Assembly (NCBI GenBank): GCA_964576925.1 | Contig: CAZNWJ010000010.1 | Coordinates: 2,363-66,362 of the forward strand | Direction of reading: 5' to 3' | Origin: an uncultured Ignavibacteria bacterium | Lineage (GTDB): Bacteria > Zixibacteria > MSB-5A5 > CAIYYT01 | DNA length: 64,000 nt | In this document: piece after piece, positions 7,696-18,221 of the stretch | Layout: every line of letters begins with the position of its first letter | Position numbering within the stretch: position 1 is the stretch's first letter | The notes under the pieces: model-generated | The model's database searches: none | What the model was told of the DNA's origin: nothing | What the model saw: the letters and a program-made list of their open reading frames with translations, nothing else | Position numbers and translations under genes: made by a program

Positions 7696-10600
7696 GTGAA
7701 CAACATTGCTTTTCCCCAGGCTCAGGCTGAGATGTCTGCACTTCTAAGCAGTGTCTCCAAGTACCTCTGCTCTTATCTTGGCAATCGACTTCCTTCAATC
7801 GCTGGTGACTGGTGGGAAAAGTGCGTGTTAGCGTGTCTAACCCCTGAACAAACAAGACGGGTCAAGAAGTACGGAACGAATTCTCTATCGGCACTGGATC
7901 TTGCCGCCCTGCTACGTATACTCGATCAGAACTGGCACAGAATTTCCACAAGCGAGAACTTGCCGCGAGAATCAAGGCACTTCTTGAAGGAGATGCAAAC
8001 AATCAGGAATCGTTGGGCACACGCAACGCTGGAAGGATTTTCGGTCGATGACCTGTACCGTGATCTCGATACTTTGCAACGATTTTCGACGATGATTGAG
8101 GCTGGGGAAGAGTTCGTCCAGATTGTGAAGGAGTTGAAGCGGTCGCTAGTCCATAGTGAAGAACAAAAATTGCCGGCGTCGGAGGTCGTCAGAGAGCAAG
8201 TCAACCAAGTGAAACGTTCCGAGTCCGACGAAATAAAACCGGGGCAATTAGTATGTCTAATCTCAAGACCCGATATTCATGGCGCCGTCATCGAGATGAT
8301 TCCAGGAAACCCCGAGAATCGATACAAGGTGTTTATTGAAGGAAAGGTTCAAGAATTCTATGCTTCACAGATTCAGTCGATTCAAACTCAAGAAGAAGAA
8401 TCGCTGGCCCTGACTGCCGATCATTTCCATGCATTTCTCACGTCACTGCAAATTCGTTATCCTGGGCTGGCAACGCTGTACTCATTGAATGCAGCTCGCA
8501 TCGATTATGTTCCTTACCAATTTCGTCCGGTGCTGAGGTTTATCCGTTCGGACCGACCTCGGCTTTTGATCGCCGATGGTGTAGGTGTTGGTAAGACTAT
8601 CGAGGCGGGATTGATTCTTCGCGAACTGCAGGCACGTCGGGATATTAGATCGATACTGATCATCTGTCCACGACCGTTGGTCACAGAACGAAAATGGCTG
8701 AACGAAATGAAGAGGTTCGAGGAACGATTCAGTCATTTGGACGGACCAACGCTGCGTTTGTGCATAAGTGAAATGGACTTGGATGGAAATTGGCCGGAAC
8801 AGTACCAGAAGATCATTGTTCCTTATTCACTATTTGATGAAACTCTGCTGCATGGCACGACTGCGGACGGCAAGCGAAAGCGCAAGCGAGGACTTCTTGA
8901 TTTGGATCCGCCGCCGCGATTCGATCTGGTAATTGTCGACGAAGCCCATCATATTCGAAACTCCAATACATATAGTCATCAAGCTGTCAGATTCTTCTGC
9001 GACCACGCTGAAGCGGTATTGTTCTTAACAGCGACTCCGATTCAGCTTGGGAGTCACGACCTGTTCGTGCTACTAAACACGCTTCGTCCCGACTTGATTA
9101 TCGATGAAGAGAGCTTTCGGCACATGTCTGAACCCAATGCGTTTATCAACCAGGCCGTCAGTGCTCTCCGCTCCCAAACAGATAGCAGTAATTTTCAATG
9201 TTTGGAGTCTCTTCAGCAAGCAGTAGACACCTCGTGGGGACGAGCGATTCTCAGGCAAAATCCGGAGTTCAATCGGGTCTGCACGGCCCTGCGCGAGAGT
9301 TTACTCTCCCCCGCTGAGCGAATCGAGCTGATCAGGGTTCTTGAAGATCTTCACACATTTTCGGGCATCATCAATAGAACGCGGCGACGAGACATCGGCG
9401 ACTTCACTATTCGTCAGCCAGAAACAGTGCGAATTGACTTCTCTCCGGACCAGCGCAAGCTTCACGACGAGTTGCTTGACGTCCAGGCGCAGGTTTTCGC
9501 CATGCTTCACGGCGACAAGAACGTGATGTTCATGCTGAGCACGATTCGTCGGCAGGCGGCGAGTTGCCTGTATGGCTTGGCACCGTTTCTGGAAGAGATC
9601 TTGAGTCGACACCTAGATGAACTCTCGTGGGATGAAGCCGACGATTCGCGTGGAGTTCCCAATCTCGAAGTCGTCACTCCGATCGAGTCAAGGATTCAAC
9701 AAGTTCTGGAAATGGCAAGGAATCTGGATCCCCGGGATCCAAAACTGGAGGCGTTGCGGAGAATCCTCCGAGAGAAGCAGCTTCTATCCAACAACAGAGT
9801 CATCGTCTTCAGCAGCTTTCGTCACACGCTTGGGTATCTTGAACGGCAGCTGTCGGCGGAGGGCCTACGAATTGCCCTGGTTCACGGTGACACTCCTGAC
9901 GAAGAGCGAGTTGAGCTTCGCAGCCGCTTTGAATTGCCTCGAGATTCAGAGCAGGCAATAGACGTCATGCTTTTTTCGGAGATCGGTTGTGAAGGTCTGG
10001 ATTATCAGTTTTGTGATTGCATCATAAACTATGACTTGCCGTGGAATCCTATGCGGATTGAGCAGCGCATAGGCCGTATCGATAGAAGGGGCCAAACGAG
10101 CGAGACCGTGGCCATCATCAATCTGATAACTCCGGGAACCATTGACGCGGACATCTACGATCGCTGCCTGCTACGTATCGGCGTGTTTAACGCCGCCTTG
10201 GGGGGCAGCGAAGAAATACTGGGGGAAATCCACAGTGAGATTCGCAATATCGCCGAAAACTTCATTCTGACGGAGGATCAAAGGAGAGAAAAACTGCAGC
10301 AGTTGGCGGATAACAAGATTCGCCTCTTGCAGGAGCAAGAAATGCTGGAGCAGCGACAACTTGAGCTGTTCGGTATTCGCTTGCCGGAGGAGCAGCTCAA
10401 GCAAGATATAGCGGATGCCACAAACTACTGGTTACTGCCAGAATCCCTGCTCAAGCTAGTCACTCACTACCTTCGATCGATTGCTGGCGCGGGTCAAGAA
10501 AGTATCCTTGGTGACAAACCCCTGAAGACCCTGCGCCTGTCTCAAGAAGCACGATCCCGACTACTGAGAGATTACCAGCAACTACCTCGGCAGAACACGC

Positions 10601-11286
10601 CGCCATATAGAGAGTGGGAGAATTGGCTCAAAGGAGGAGATCCGCACTTTTCGATCACCTTTGACCCAGATTGCGCGATGCTAAACCCCAAGACGGCTTT
10701 CCTGATGCCACTGCATCCGCTTGTAAAGCAAGCCGCCAATTCTCTTGATTCTGGTAGGCGAGTTTTCGCTTCACTGACGACAAAGAGCACAGAGGTTCCA
10801 GAAGGCAGGCACGAATTTGTAGTCTACCAGTGGCGGTTTCATGGGATCAAGGAGAATCAGATACTCCGCCCCGTGGCTACAAACGAAGCTGTAACTCAGC
10901 ACCTCGATGCTGTTCTTCAGGACTCATCTGACTGTAAGATCATAGAGCCCGGTGAACTTGGTCAGCAGACCTGGAATGATCTAGATCATAAGCATTATGA
11001 ACTTTGGGCCGAAGCCCGAGCGCAGCATCGTCGTCAGACACAGGAAATAGCTGCGTATCGTCGCGAGAGCCTGGCGGCCAGCCATCGCGCGCGTATTTTA
11101 CTGCTACAAGAGCAATTAGATCAGGCAAGCGATGACAGAATTCGGAAAATGCGTCAATCGCAGCTGGCCTCAGCGGAAGCCGATTATGCCAGACATCTTC
11201 AAGAGCTGGAAATTGCGGCCGAAAGGGCGGACATCACTGCTACTCCGGTGGCGTACGGCATGTTGGAGGTGGTGGCGAAGGCATGA
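7696..11286 (+). CDS. SNF2/RapA-like SF2 helicase with N-terminal Swt1-like HEPN domain
   Basis: LDLAALLRILDQNW...RNRWAH (HEPN RxxxxH); helicase motifs ADGVGVGKT, VDEAHH, LTATP, CEGLD and QRIGRIDR. Confidence 0.85.
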   Translation: MNNIAFPQAQAEMSALLSSVSKYLCSYLGNRLPSIAGDWWEKCVLACLTPEQTRRVKKYGTNSLSALDLAALLRILDQNWHRISTSENLPRESRHFLKEMQTIRNRWAHATLEGFSVDDLYRDLDTLQRFSTMIEAGEEFVQIVKELKRSLVHSEEQKLPASEVVREQVNQVKRSESDEIKPGQLVCLISRPDIHGAVIEMIPGNPENRYKVFIEGKVQEFYASQIQSIQTQEEESLALTADHFHAFLTSLQIRYPGLATLYSLNAARIDYVPYQFRPVLRFIRSDRPRLLIADGVGVGKTIEAGLILRELQARRDIRSILIICPRPLVTERKWLNEMKRFEERFSHLDGPTLRLCISEMDLDGNWPEQYQKIIVPYSLFDETLLHGTTADGKRKRKRGLLDLDPPPRFDLVIVDEAHHIRNSNTYSHQAVRFFCDHAEAVLFLTATPIQLGSHDLFVLLNTLRPDLIIDEESFRHMSEPNAFINQAVSALRSQTDSSNFQCLESLQQAVDTSWGRAILRQNPEFNRVCTALRESLLSPAERIELIRVLEDLHTFSGIINRTRRRDIGDFTIRQPETVRIDFSPDQRKLHDELLDVQAQVFAMLHGDKNVMFMLSTIRRQAASCLYGLAPFLEEILSRHLDELSWDEADDSRGVPNLEVVTPIESRIQQVLEMARNLDPRDPKLEALRRILREKQLLSNNRVIVFSSFRHTLGYLERQLSAEGLRIALVHGDTPDEERVELRSRFELPRDSEQAIDVMLFSEIGCEGLDYQFCDCIINYDLPWNPMRIEQRIGRIDRRGQTSETVAIINLITPGTIDADIYDRCLLRIGVFNAALGGSEEILGEIHSEIRNIAENFILTEDQRREKLQQLADNKIRLLQEQEMLEQRQLELFGIRLPEEQLKQDIADATNYWLLPESLLKLVTHYLRSIAGAGQESILGDKPLKTLRLSQEARSRLLRDYQQLPRQNTPPYREWENWLKGGDPHFSITFDPDCAMLNPKTAFLMPLHPLVKQAANSLDSGRRVFASLTTKSTEVPEGRHEFVVYQWRFHGIKENQILRPVATNEAVTQHLDAVLQDSSDCKIIEPGELGQQTWNDLDHKHYELWAEARAQHRRQTQEIAAYRRESLAASHRARILLLQEQLDQASDDRIRKMRQSQLASAEADYARHLQELEIAAERADITATPVAYGMLEVVAKA

Positions 11287-14200
11287 ATATGAAACTCAAT
11301 ATTAATCAGCTATCAGAGAGGCGAAAGAGCTGGGTTGAAGCGAATCGGCAGAATGGGTTCGAGGACGGAATTAAACGATTACTAACCGATCTCTATCCTG
11401 ATAACGCTCATTTTATATACGAACTCCTCCAGAATGCTGAAGATGCCGGTGCTACCGTTGTTCGATTCATCCTCAACGAAAATAATGTTGAGTTCGAGCA
11501 CAACGGAAGTCGTCTATTCTCGATAGAGGATGTTGACTCAATTACGAGTATAGGCGTCAGCAATAAAAGAGACGATCCCACCAGCATAGGGAAGTTTGGA
11601 GTTGGATTTAAGGCAGTATTTGCCTATACCCTAACTCCGCAAATAAAATCTGGCGACTTCCATTTCTGCATTCGCGACTTGGTTGTGCCAGTCACTGACG
11701 GTTTGATCCCATGCAATCGTGACAGAAATGATACGTTCATGACTTTTCCATTCGACAACCCGAAAATGCCGACTGAAAAGGCTCTAGCGAATATTGAAAA
11801 GCATCTTCGCCAATTGAACGAAAACACCCTGCTATTTCTCAGAAATATCAAACGCATTGAATACCTTTTGCCGGATTTAGGTCTGGGTTTTCTTGAACGA
11901 AGGGAAACGGAAGATAACCGTCTGGAGATTTCTGTCCAGCATCCGAATGAACTAGCGCCCTCCACTTTGCACTATCTCCGGTTTCAAAAACAAACTGAGA
12001 TTCGCGACGAGGACGGCAGTTCGAAATCATGTTCAATTGCCATCGCCTTCGCACTAGAGAAGGCGGAAGAATTAGGGTCTGAAAAGTCGCTCAAACGGTC
12101 CGAATTGCAGAATACAACGGAGTGGCGAATACGACCACTGAATCCGGGCCAAGTATTCATCTATTTTCCTACAGAGAAAGAAACTTCCAATCTCCGATTT
12201 CACATGCACGCTCCTTTCGCGTCCACCGTGGCACGCGATAGTGTTCGCGATTGTCCGGCAAATATTGAGTTGCGGGATCAATTGGTAGGGTTGGTTGCGG
12301 AGTCGATGCTTGCGATACGGGATCAAGGACTGTTGACAGTTCGATTCTTGGCAACGCTTCCAAATGACAAGGATAGTCTCCCAGTCTTCTACAAACCATT
12401 TATCGATGGGTTAGTAGAGACCTTCAAGGACGAGGCCTTAACCCCGATGAGAAATGGGGAGCATGCGCCTGCATCCGACATCTTCAGAGGCTCAGCTCAA
12501 TTGGCAAACCTAGTAACTGATGAAGACTTTGTAGCCCTCCTGGGCGAATCTTACACTCCACCGATGTGGGTGGCAAACCCACCTCAACGAAACCAAAGGG
12601 AAGATACCTTTTTGAATATGCTGGAGATCAGTGAATGGACTGCGGAAGACTTGGTTCGCGCACTCTGCGACAAGCCCAACACACTGGAGTTGTTCTTGGC
12701 CTCTAAAACCGACTTATGGCATCAGCAGCTCTATGTATTGTTAGCGGATTACCTGTCAGATGCTCCATCTGTTCCGTATCTGGAAGCGCAGAATCGCAAG
12801 CGATCTTTGGCGACTCTCCGCATAGTTCGGAGGTCCGATGGCAAGTACGGATCTGGAAGCGAGTGTTACTTCCCCAGTGAGGGAGTCGATCAGGACGATT
12901 TGATGCCGCGCGTCGCCAAAGGTGTTTACACTTCCGGAAGGAGTGAAGACCAGCAAGCTAAGGCAAAAGACTTTCTTCTGAAAATCGGTGTTCGTGAAGC
13001 AGGCGAGGCTGAACAAGTCGAGGCGATCCTCAAGAGCCGCTACTCAGATGATGCCGACGAAACAGGTAGTTTTGCACCCAAAATAGAGGATATCAAGCGA
13101 TTTGTTACCTTAGTCGAAAGAGAACCATTCCAGGCGAATCTGTTCAGCGAATATTCCATGTTTCAATTGAAAGACGGTGACTGGGGCAGACCACAAAGCG
13201 TATACCTGGACACGCCGTTTGGTGATACTGGTCTGAGCGCACTATATGATCTATTGGGCGAAAAGGCAGACCGCTGGGCACTTTCCCCAGACTACAAGAA
13301 ATGCGGCGTAGCAGTTGACAGAATTGTAGACTTTGCTAGAAGAGCCGGTGCTCAAAACAAATTGAACGTGATTTCGCTAGAGCAGTATTATTCTCAAGAT
13401 TATACAATCAATCACTTGGATCTTGCGCTGCAGGCTAAAGACTCTTCCATCTCCAAATTGATCTGGAAGACACTCGTTGAATTGGAGAGTGGATATGTTA
13501 TTGAGCAGTATGCTCACCGGTTGGTGCGGAAGCGAGTGAACTTCTATTACGATGGGGACTCAGAGTTAATCTCCAGGCTAAAGCATAGTGAATGGGTGCC
13601 TCAAGCCATGGCGAAGGAGCTGTCATTCGTTAGGCCGACTGATGCTGATCCGAAGTTACTTCCTGGCGGTTATTCATTTGACAAAGGCTGGAAATGGGTA
13701 GCTGCAGTCGATTTTGGCTGTTCTGTCCGCCAACGAGAGGAGGCAGCACGCCTTCAATCACAAAGCAAGAACGAGGCCATCCAACAGCTAAACGAAGTCG
13801 CACACAAACTGGGATTCGACTCGGTGAGTGAGGCCAGGGAGATGGCGGAGCTGAAGCGGTTGGACCCGAGCGGCTACAAGCGATGGCTTGAGCGCAACAA
13901 GCAGAAGCCAACATTTCCAACGCGAAATCCAGCGGATCCTGAGCGTCGCAGTGGAAAACTCACTGAACAACTCGATGAGGCGCCGACCAGAGAATTCCAG
14001 AAGCGCCAGAGAAGCGTCCGCACGACAAGGGGAGCGATCAACCCAGTACCATCGCTAAGGAGCCTATACACCAATCAAGACGACCAGATGATTTGTCAGT
14101 TGTGCAAGGAAGAAATGCCTTTTCGAAAGAGGTCCGGAGAGCACTATTTCGAAGCGGTCGAAGTCCTGTCCCAAGAGCTGTTGCCGAAAGAACACGAGGC

Positions 14201-14411
14201 CCAATATCTAGCGTTGTGTCCTTTGTGCGCAGCTATGTACAAGGAGTTTGTGCGGCACGACGAAGTTGTGATGTCGGCGCTCAAGCAGGCAATTCTGGAA
14301 TCCGAGGATCCGGAGATCAAACTGCAGCTTGGTGAGGTAGAGACTACTCTACAATTCGTTGAAACTCACTTCTTTGACTTGAAGACAATTCTCGGGGCCG
14401 ATAGCCCGTAG
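11283..14411 (+). CDS. Sacsin/MORC-type GHKL ATPase with C-terminal HNH-like Zn-finger domain
   Basis: HFIYELLQNAEDA and SIGKFGVGFKAVF GHKL motifs; C-terminal CQLC...YFEAVE...LALCPLC. ATGA overlap with the upstream gene. Confidence 0.8.
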   Translation: MNMKLNINQLSERRKSWVEANRQNGFEDGIKRLLTDLYPDNAHFIYELLQNAEDAGATVVRFILNENNVEFEHNGSRLFSIEDVDSITSIGVSNKRDDPTSIGKFGVGFKAVFAYTLTPQIKSGDFHFCIRDLVVPVTDGLIPCNRDRNDTFMTFPFDNPKMPTEKALANIEKHLRQLNENTLLFLRNIKRIEYLLPDLGLGFLERRETEDNRLEISVQHPNELAPSTLHYLRFQKQTEIRDEDGSSKSCSIAIAFALEKAEELGSEKSLKRSELQNTTEWRIRPLNPGQVFIYFPTEKETSNLRFHMHAPFASTVARDSVRDCPANIELRDQLVGLVAESMLAIRDQGLLTVRFLATLPNDKDSLPVFYKPFIDGLVETFKDEALTPMRNGEHAPASDIFRGSAQLANLVTDEDFVALLGESYTPPMWVANPPQRNQREDTFLNMLEISEWTAEDLVRALCDKPNTLELFLASKTDLWHQQLYVLLADYLSDAPSVPYLEAQNRKRSLATLRIVRRSDGKYGSGSECYFPSEGVDQDDLMPRVAKGVYTSGRSEDQQAKAKDFLLKIGVREAGEAEQVEAILKSRYSDDADETGSFAPKIEDIKRFVTLVEREPFQANLFSEYSMFQLKDGDWGRPQSVYLDTPFGDTGLSALYDLLGEKADRWALSPDYKKCGVAVDRIVDFARRAGAQNKLNVISLEQYYSQDYTINHLDLALQAKDSSISKLIWKTLVELESGYVIEQYAHRLVRKRVNFYYDGDSELISRLKHSEWVPQAMAKELSFVRPTDADPKLLPGGYSFDKGWKWVAAVDFGCSVRQREEAARLQSQSKNEAIQQLNEVAHKLGFDSVSEAREMAELKRLDPSGYKRWLERNKQKPTFPTRNPADPERRSGKLTEQLDEAPTREFQKRQRSVRTTRGAINPVPSLRSLYTNQDDQMICQLCKEEMPFRKRSGEHYFEAVEVLSQELLPKEHEAQYLALCPLCAAMYKEFVRHDEVVMSALKQAILESEDPEIKLQLGEVETTLQFVETHFFDLKTILGADSP

Positions 14412-14422
14412 GATGGAATTAA

Positions 14423-17400
14423 ATGGTTGCACCTTTCAAACACATCTCAATCAGAGTGCCGTGGCACGACACGGGCTGGGATGGACGTGTCTGTTTGCAC
14501 CCGAGCTTGAACGGATCCTGTTTGAAGCTAAAGCGTATAGGTCAGGAGCGTAACGACGAAGAAGAAGAGAGGGTAGCCGGAAGAAGTCTAAACGAGCTCG
14601 CTCCTGAAAAGTGGCCATGCTGCGTGGCTGAAAGAATGGCATTTATGGCTCCTTTCGACTATCATCGAGTCACCGTTCATCCTTACACGCGCACATCCCA
14701 AAAGAGTCATGGTCACTTTGCACCAACAACGCTTCGGTATCCAGCGTATTCCGCGCCTGCCGTCCCCTTTGCATGGCTACTCAAGGAGAACCTATCTACG
14801 CTTGGTGAGGAATTTGGGATCAATGTTCGGGCCGAGCGTGAACCCGACCTTGGTTTCAAGACTCAATGGATTCAACACCGTGACAACCAGAGTGCGCTGT
14901 TGGACTATTTCAGAAGCCAGATTCGACCACAACACTCCCTTTGCTTTTTCTATGCTAAGAGGGCGCCTTTTATGGAAGACCCCGGAATGAGTCGCATACT
15001 CATCGGCGTTGGTCGAGTGCTGAGTGTATCGCCATGCGTGGAATACGAATACAGCACAAAAGATCTTCATGGGCGACTGCGATCCGTCCTCTGGGAGTTG
15101 ATGGTCCAGCACAGTATTCGGCCTGATTTCCAGGATGGATTTATCTTGCCGTATCACGCGGCTATTCAATTAGCGGAAGATAACTCTGAGTATGATCCTT
15201 CAAAGCTTGCCGCGTTAACTCCTGATGATCGACTTCTGGAGTTTTCACATGCATCGCAGCACGTTACTCACGATGGCGCAATCGCGTGTCTTTTGGCCAT
15301 GGCCGAGTCGCTTCGAGAAGCTCAAACAACATTGCCGGGACCATGGGCAAGCTGCCTCACTTGGATTGATCAGCGCCTAGACGATTTGTGGATTGCTCGC
15401 GGGCCATTTCCGGGCCTCGGTTCCGCACTTTGTGCTTTCGGCGTTGAGTTGGGTACGTTCGTTGCGCTTGCATTGATGAAGAGGTTAGCGGAGAACTCCG
15501 ATCCATGGATTTTGGTGGATCAGCTAATGCGTGAGCCTGGAAAGTATCTCCCAAATCACCTTGCGAAGACAATCGACTTGACAAAACAGGCACACTGGAG
15601 CCAGCTGCCGAAAGAGCGTCGAGATCTCTTGAAACTCATTAGCCGATTTGAGGTAACGAAAGATCAGGCAAGACTTATCTACGCTAAGGAAGATCGTGGC
15701 GAACGTGGCCTCAACTGTTCCGACAGCAATATTCTTGCGAATCCTTATCTAGTCTACCAGATGACTCGCTTGAACTCTGACTCCATAAGTTTGTGGACTG
15801 TTGATCGTGGTGTCTTTCCTGACGAAGTAGTTAGAGCGCAACACCCGCTACCAACTCCAACGGCATTGAACTCTGGAACTGATGCCAGACGCGTCGGAGC
15901 ACTTGTGGTGAAGATTCTCGAAGACGAAGCGGCCATTGGCAATACTCTAATGCCGCAGGATCGACTAGTCACGGCGGTCAGAAATCTGAATATCAAGCCA
16001 GAGTGTTATATTGACGGAGATTTGCTAAATGTTGCCAAGAAGGAATTTGAAGGAACCATCATAGACACGAAAATGGCTGATGGGAGTAATGCACTTCAAC
16101 TCGATCGCTTGTCGGAAGTGGCCGAGATCATTAGGTCGTTTTGCAACAAGAGGATTGAGGGTAAGCGCCTAGCTGTTGAGGCAGACTGGCGCGGACTTCT
16201 CAATTGTCACCTTGACCGGAAAGGCGTAGGCATCCTGGACGAACTTGAAGAAAATGCTCGAGTGGAGAAGACTGCGGCCCTGAAAGAGCTTGCAGAATCC
16301 CGCATTAGTGTTTTGATCGGCCCGGCCGGAACGGGCAAGACGACATTGCTTTCAATCTTGTGCTCGCACCCCCAAATCTCCGAGGGTGATATATTGCTTC
16401 TTGCACCAACGGGTAAGGCCAGGGTGCGAATCGAGCAGTCTTCCGATCATCTCAATCTTAAGGGATATACCGTTGCCCAGTTCCTAAGTCCACACCGTTA
16501 TGATCCTGTAACAGGTCGCTACCTCTTGTCGGATAAAGTTGCGGAAGCAGGGGCCAGAACTGTCATCGTCGATGAAGCATCAATGCTGACCGAAGAAATG
16601 TTGGCGGCGCTGATTCAAGCCTTGACAGGAGTGCATCGACTGATCTTGATCGGGGATCCGCGGCAGTTGCCGCCGATCGGCTCTGGACGGCCATTTGTGG
16701 ACATTATCAACCGTCTAGCACCGGAAAATATAGCCGACCGATTTCCTCGAGTGGGGAGAGGCTATGCTGAGTTGACGATAAGACGTCGCCAAGCTGGAGT
16801 AGAGCGAGACGATATTCAACTGGCAGAGTGGTTCAGCGGCTCACCTATGCCACCAGGGGAGGACGATGTATTTGAAAATGTCACTCGATTAAATGGCGGC
16901 GGCCACGTTGGATATGTGCGATGGGAGACAGCTGAGGAGCTAAAGGAGAAGCTCTTAAGTACGATAATCAACACGCTCGGAATGAATGGGCTCGAAGATA
17001 TCCAAAGGTTCGATGAGTCATTGGGCGGAAAGGACTGGAATGGGTTGCGCTTCTTCAATTGCGGATCTGCAATCATAGCGGAGAATTGGCAAGTACTGTC
17101 ACCCGTCCGATCCGGACCACACGGGGTGCCGGATATCAACCGACTATTGCATAAGAAATTTAGACAACACTTCATCTCAGCTTCCATCCAAGAGAGAAAT
17201 CGCAGATACCCAAAGCCGATGGGGCACGAACAAATCGTTTATGGGGACAAAGTGATCAATCTCGTCAATACGGATTGTTCATTGCCCTGGAACAGACATC
17301 GCAGCGTGTACCCGCCAAAGCCTAAACCATACGTGGCCAACGGGGAAATCGGAGTCGTCATCGGGTACTTTTGGACGAATGAACATCGCAATCGCGGTCT

Positions 17401-18160
17401 AGATTTTCGCAAGAAAATGGAAGTAGAGTTCTCGTCGCAACCCGGGTTCAAGTATGACTACACGGGAAAAGATTTTAGTGAGGAGGCCAATCCAGCGTTG
17501 GAACTTGCCTACGCATTGACGGTGCATAAGGCGCAAGGCAGCGAATTTGGAACGGTGATCCTTGTATTACCCAATCCCTGTCGACTGCTATCTCGAGAAC
17601 TACTTTACACTGCGCTCACGCGGCAAAGGGAGCGCGTAATCATACTGCATCAAGGGCCGCGAAGCGAACTAAGAAAATACTCTTCAGATGATCATTCCGA
17701 TACTGCACGGAGAATCACAAACCTATTCATCGCGCCATCGCTGGTGGAAATGAACGGACGTTTTTACGAGGAGAGATTGATCCATCGAACATCTCGCGGA
17801 GAGATGGTTCGATCAAAGTCTGAGGTGATCATCGCTGATAGACTTGCCAGCTTTGGGGTCGCGTACCAATATGAGCGACCGCTTAGTATCGATCGAGTCA
17901 CCAAGTACCCGGATTTCACAATCGAGGACATGGACACGGGAAGGAATTTCTACTGGGAGCATTGTGGGATGTTGATGGTACCGAGCTACCGCCGGAACTG
18001 GGAAGATAAGCTAAAGTGGTACAGGGCAAACCAGATCCTTCCCCATGATGAGGGAGAAGGGGAGCGAGGTACGTTAATCGTAACGCAGGATTCGCCCGAA
18101 GGAGGGATTTCATCGCAAGACATCGAACAGGTGATCAGAAAATTGATCTTAGAGCGATGA
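14423..18160 (+). CDS. RecD-like SF1B helicase with long N-terminal domain and C-terminal PD-(D/E)xK-like nuclease
   Basis: GPAGTGKT, IVDEASML, IGDPRQLPPIG and AYALTVHKAQGSEF helicase motifs; C-terminal RSKSEVIIAD...YPDFTI...YWEHCGM. Confidence 0.85.
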   Translation: MVAPFKHISIRVPWHDTGWDGRVCLHPSLNGSCLKLKRIGQERNDEEEERVAGRSLNELAPEKWPCCVAERMAFMAPFDYHRVTVHPYTRTSQKSHGHFAPTTLRYPAYSAPAVPFAWLLKENLSTLGEEFGINVRAEREPDLGFKTQWIQHRDNQSALLDYFRSQIRPQHSLCFFYAKRAPFMEDPGMSRILIGVGRVLSVSPCVEYEYSTKDLHGRLRSVLWELMVQHSIRPDFQDGFILPYHAAIQLAEDNSEYDPSKLAALTPDDRLLEFSHASQHVTHDGAIACLLAMAESLREAQTTLPGPWASCLTWIDQRLDDLWIARGPFPGLGSALCAFGVELGTFVALALMKRLAENSDPWILVDQLMREPGKYLPNHLAKTIDLTKQAHWSQLPKERRDLLKLISRFEVTKDQARLIYAKEDRGERGLNCSDSNILANPYLVYQMTRLNSDSISLWTVDRGVFPDEVVRAQHPLPTPTALNSGTDARRVGALVVKILEDEAAIGNTLMPQDRLVTAVRNLNIKPECYIDGDLLNVAKKEFEGTIIDTKMADGSNALQLDRLSEVAEIIRSFCNKRIEGKRLAVEADWRGLLNCHLDRKGVGILDELEENARVEKTAALKELAESRISVLIGPAGTGKTTLLSILCSHPQISEGDILLLAPTGKARVRIEQSSDHLNLKGYTVAQFLSPHRYDPVTGRYLLSDKVAEAGARTVIVDEASMLTEEMLAALIQALTGVHRLILIGDPRQLPPIGSGRPFVDIINRLAPENIADRFPRVGRGYAELTIRRRQAGVERDDIQLAEWFSGSPMPPGEDDVFENVTRLNGGGHVGYVRWETAEELKEKLLSTIINTLGMNGLEDIQRFDESLGGKDWNGLRFFNCGSAIIAENWQVLSPVRSGPHGVPDINRLLHKKFRQHFISASIQERNRRYPKPMGHEQIVYGDKVINLVNTDCSLPWNRHRSVYPPKPKPYVANGEIGVVIGYFWTNEHRNRGLDFRKKMEVEFSSQPGFKYDYTGKDFSEEANPALELAYALTVHKAQGSEFGTVILVLPNPCRLLSRELLYTALTRQRERVIILHQGPRSELRKYSSDDHSDTARRITNLFIAPSLVEMNGRFYEERLIHRTSRGEMVRSKSEVIIADRLASFGVAYQYERPLSIDRVTKYPDFTIEDMDTGRNFYWEHCGMLMVPSYRRNWEDKLKWYRANQILPHDEGEGERGTLIVTQDSPEGGISSQDIEQVIRKLILER

Positions 18161-18221
18161 AGCATGACTATGTGTTGCGTACTTAGAACATTCTCGTTGC
18201 ACACTCAACAGTGGGGTCCTC

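Noticed and set aside
7696-18160. DISARM or BREX assignment from the SNF2 helicase
   Set aside because: No methyltransferase, DrmA/B/C, PglZ or BrxC-like gene was recognised.
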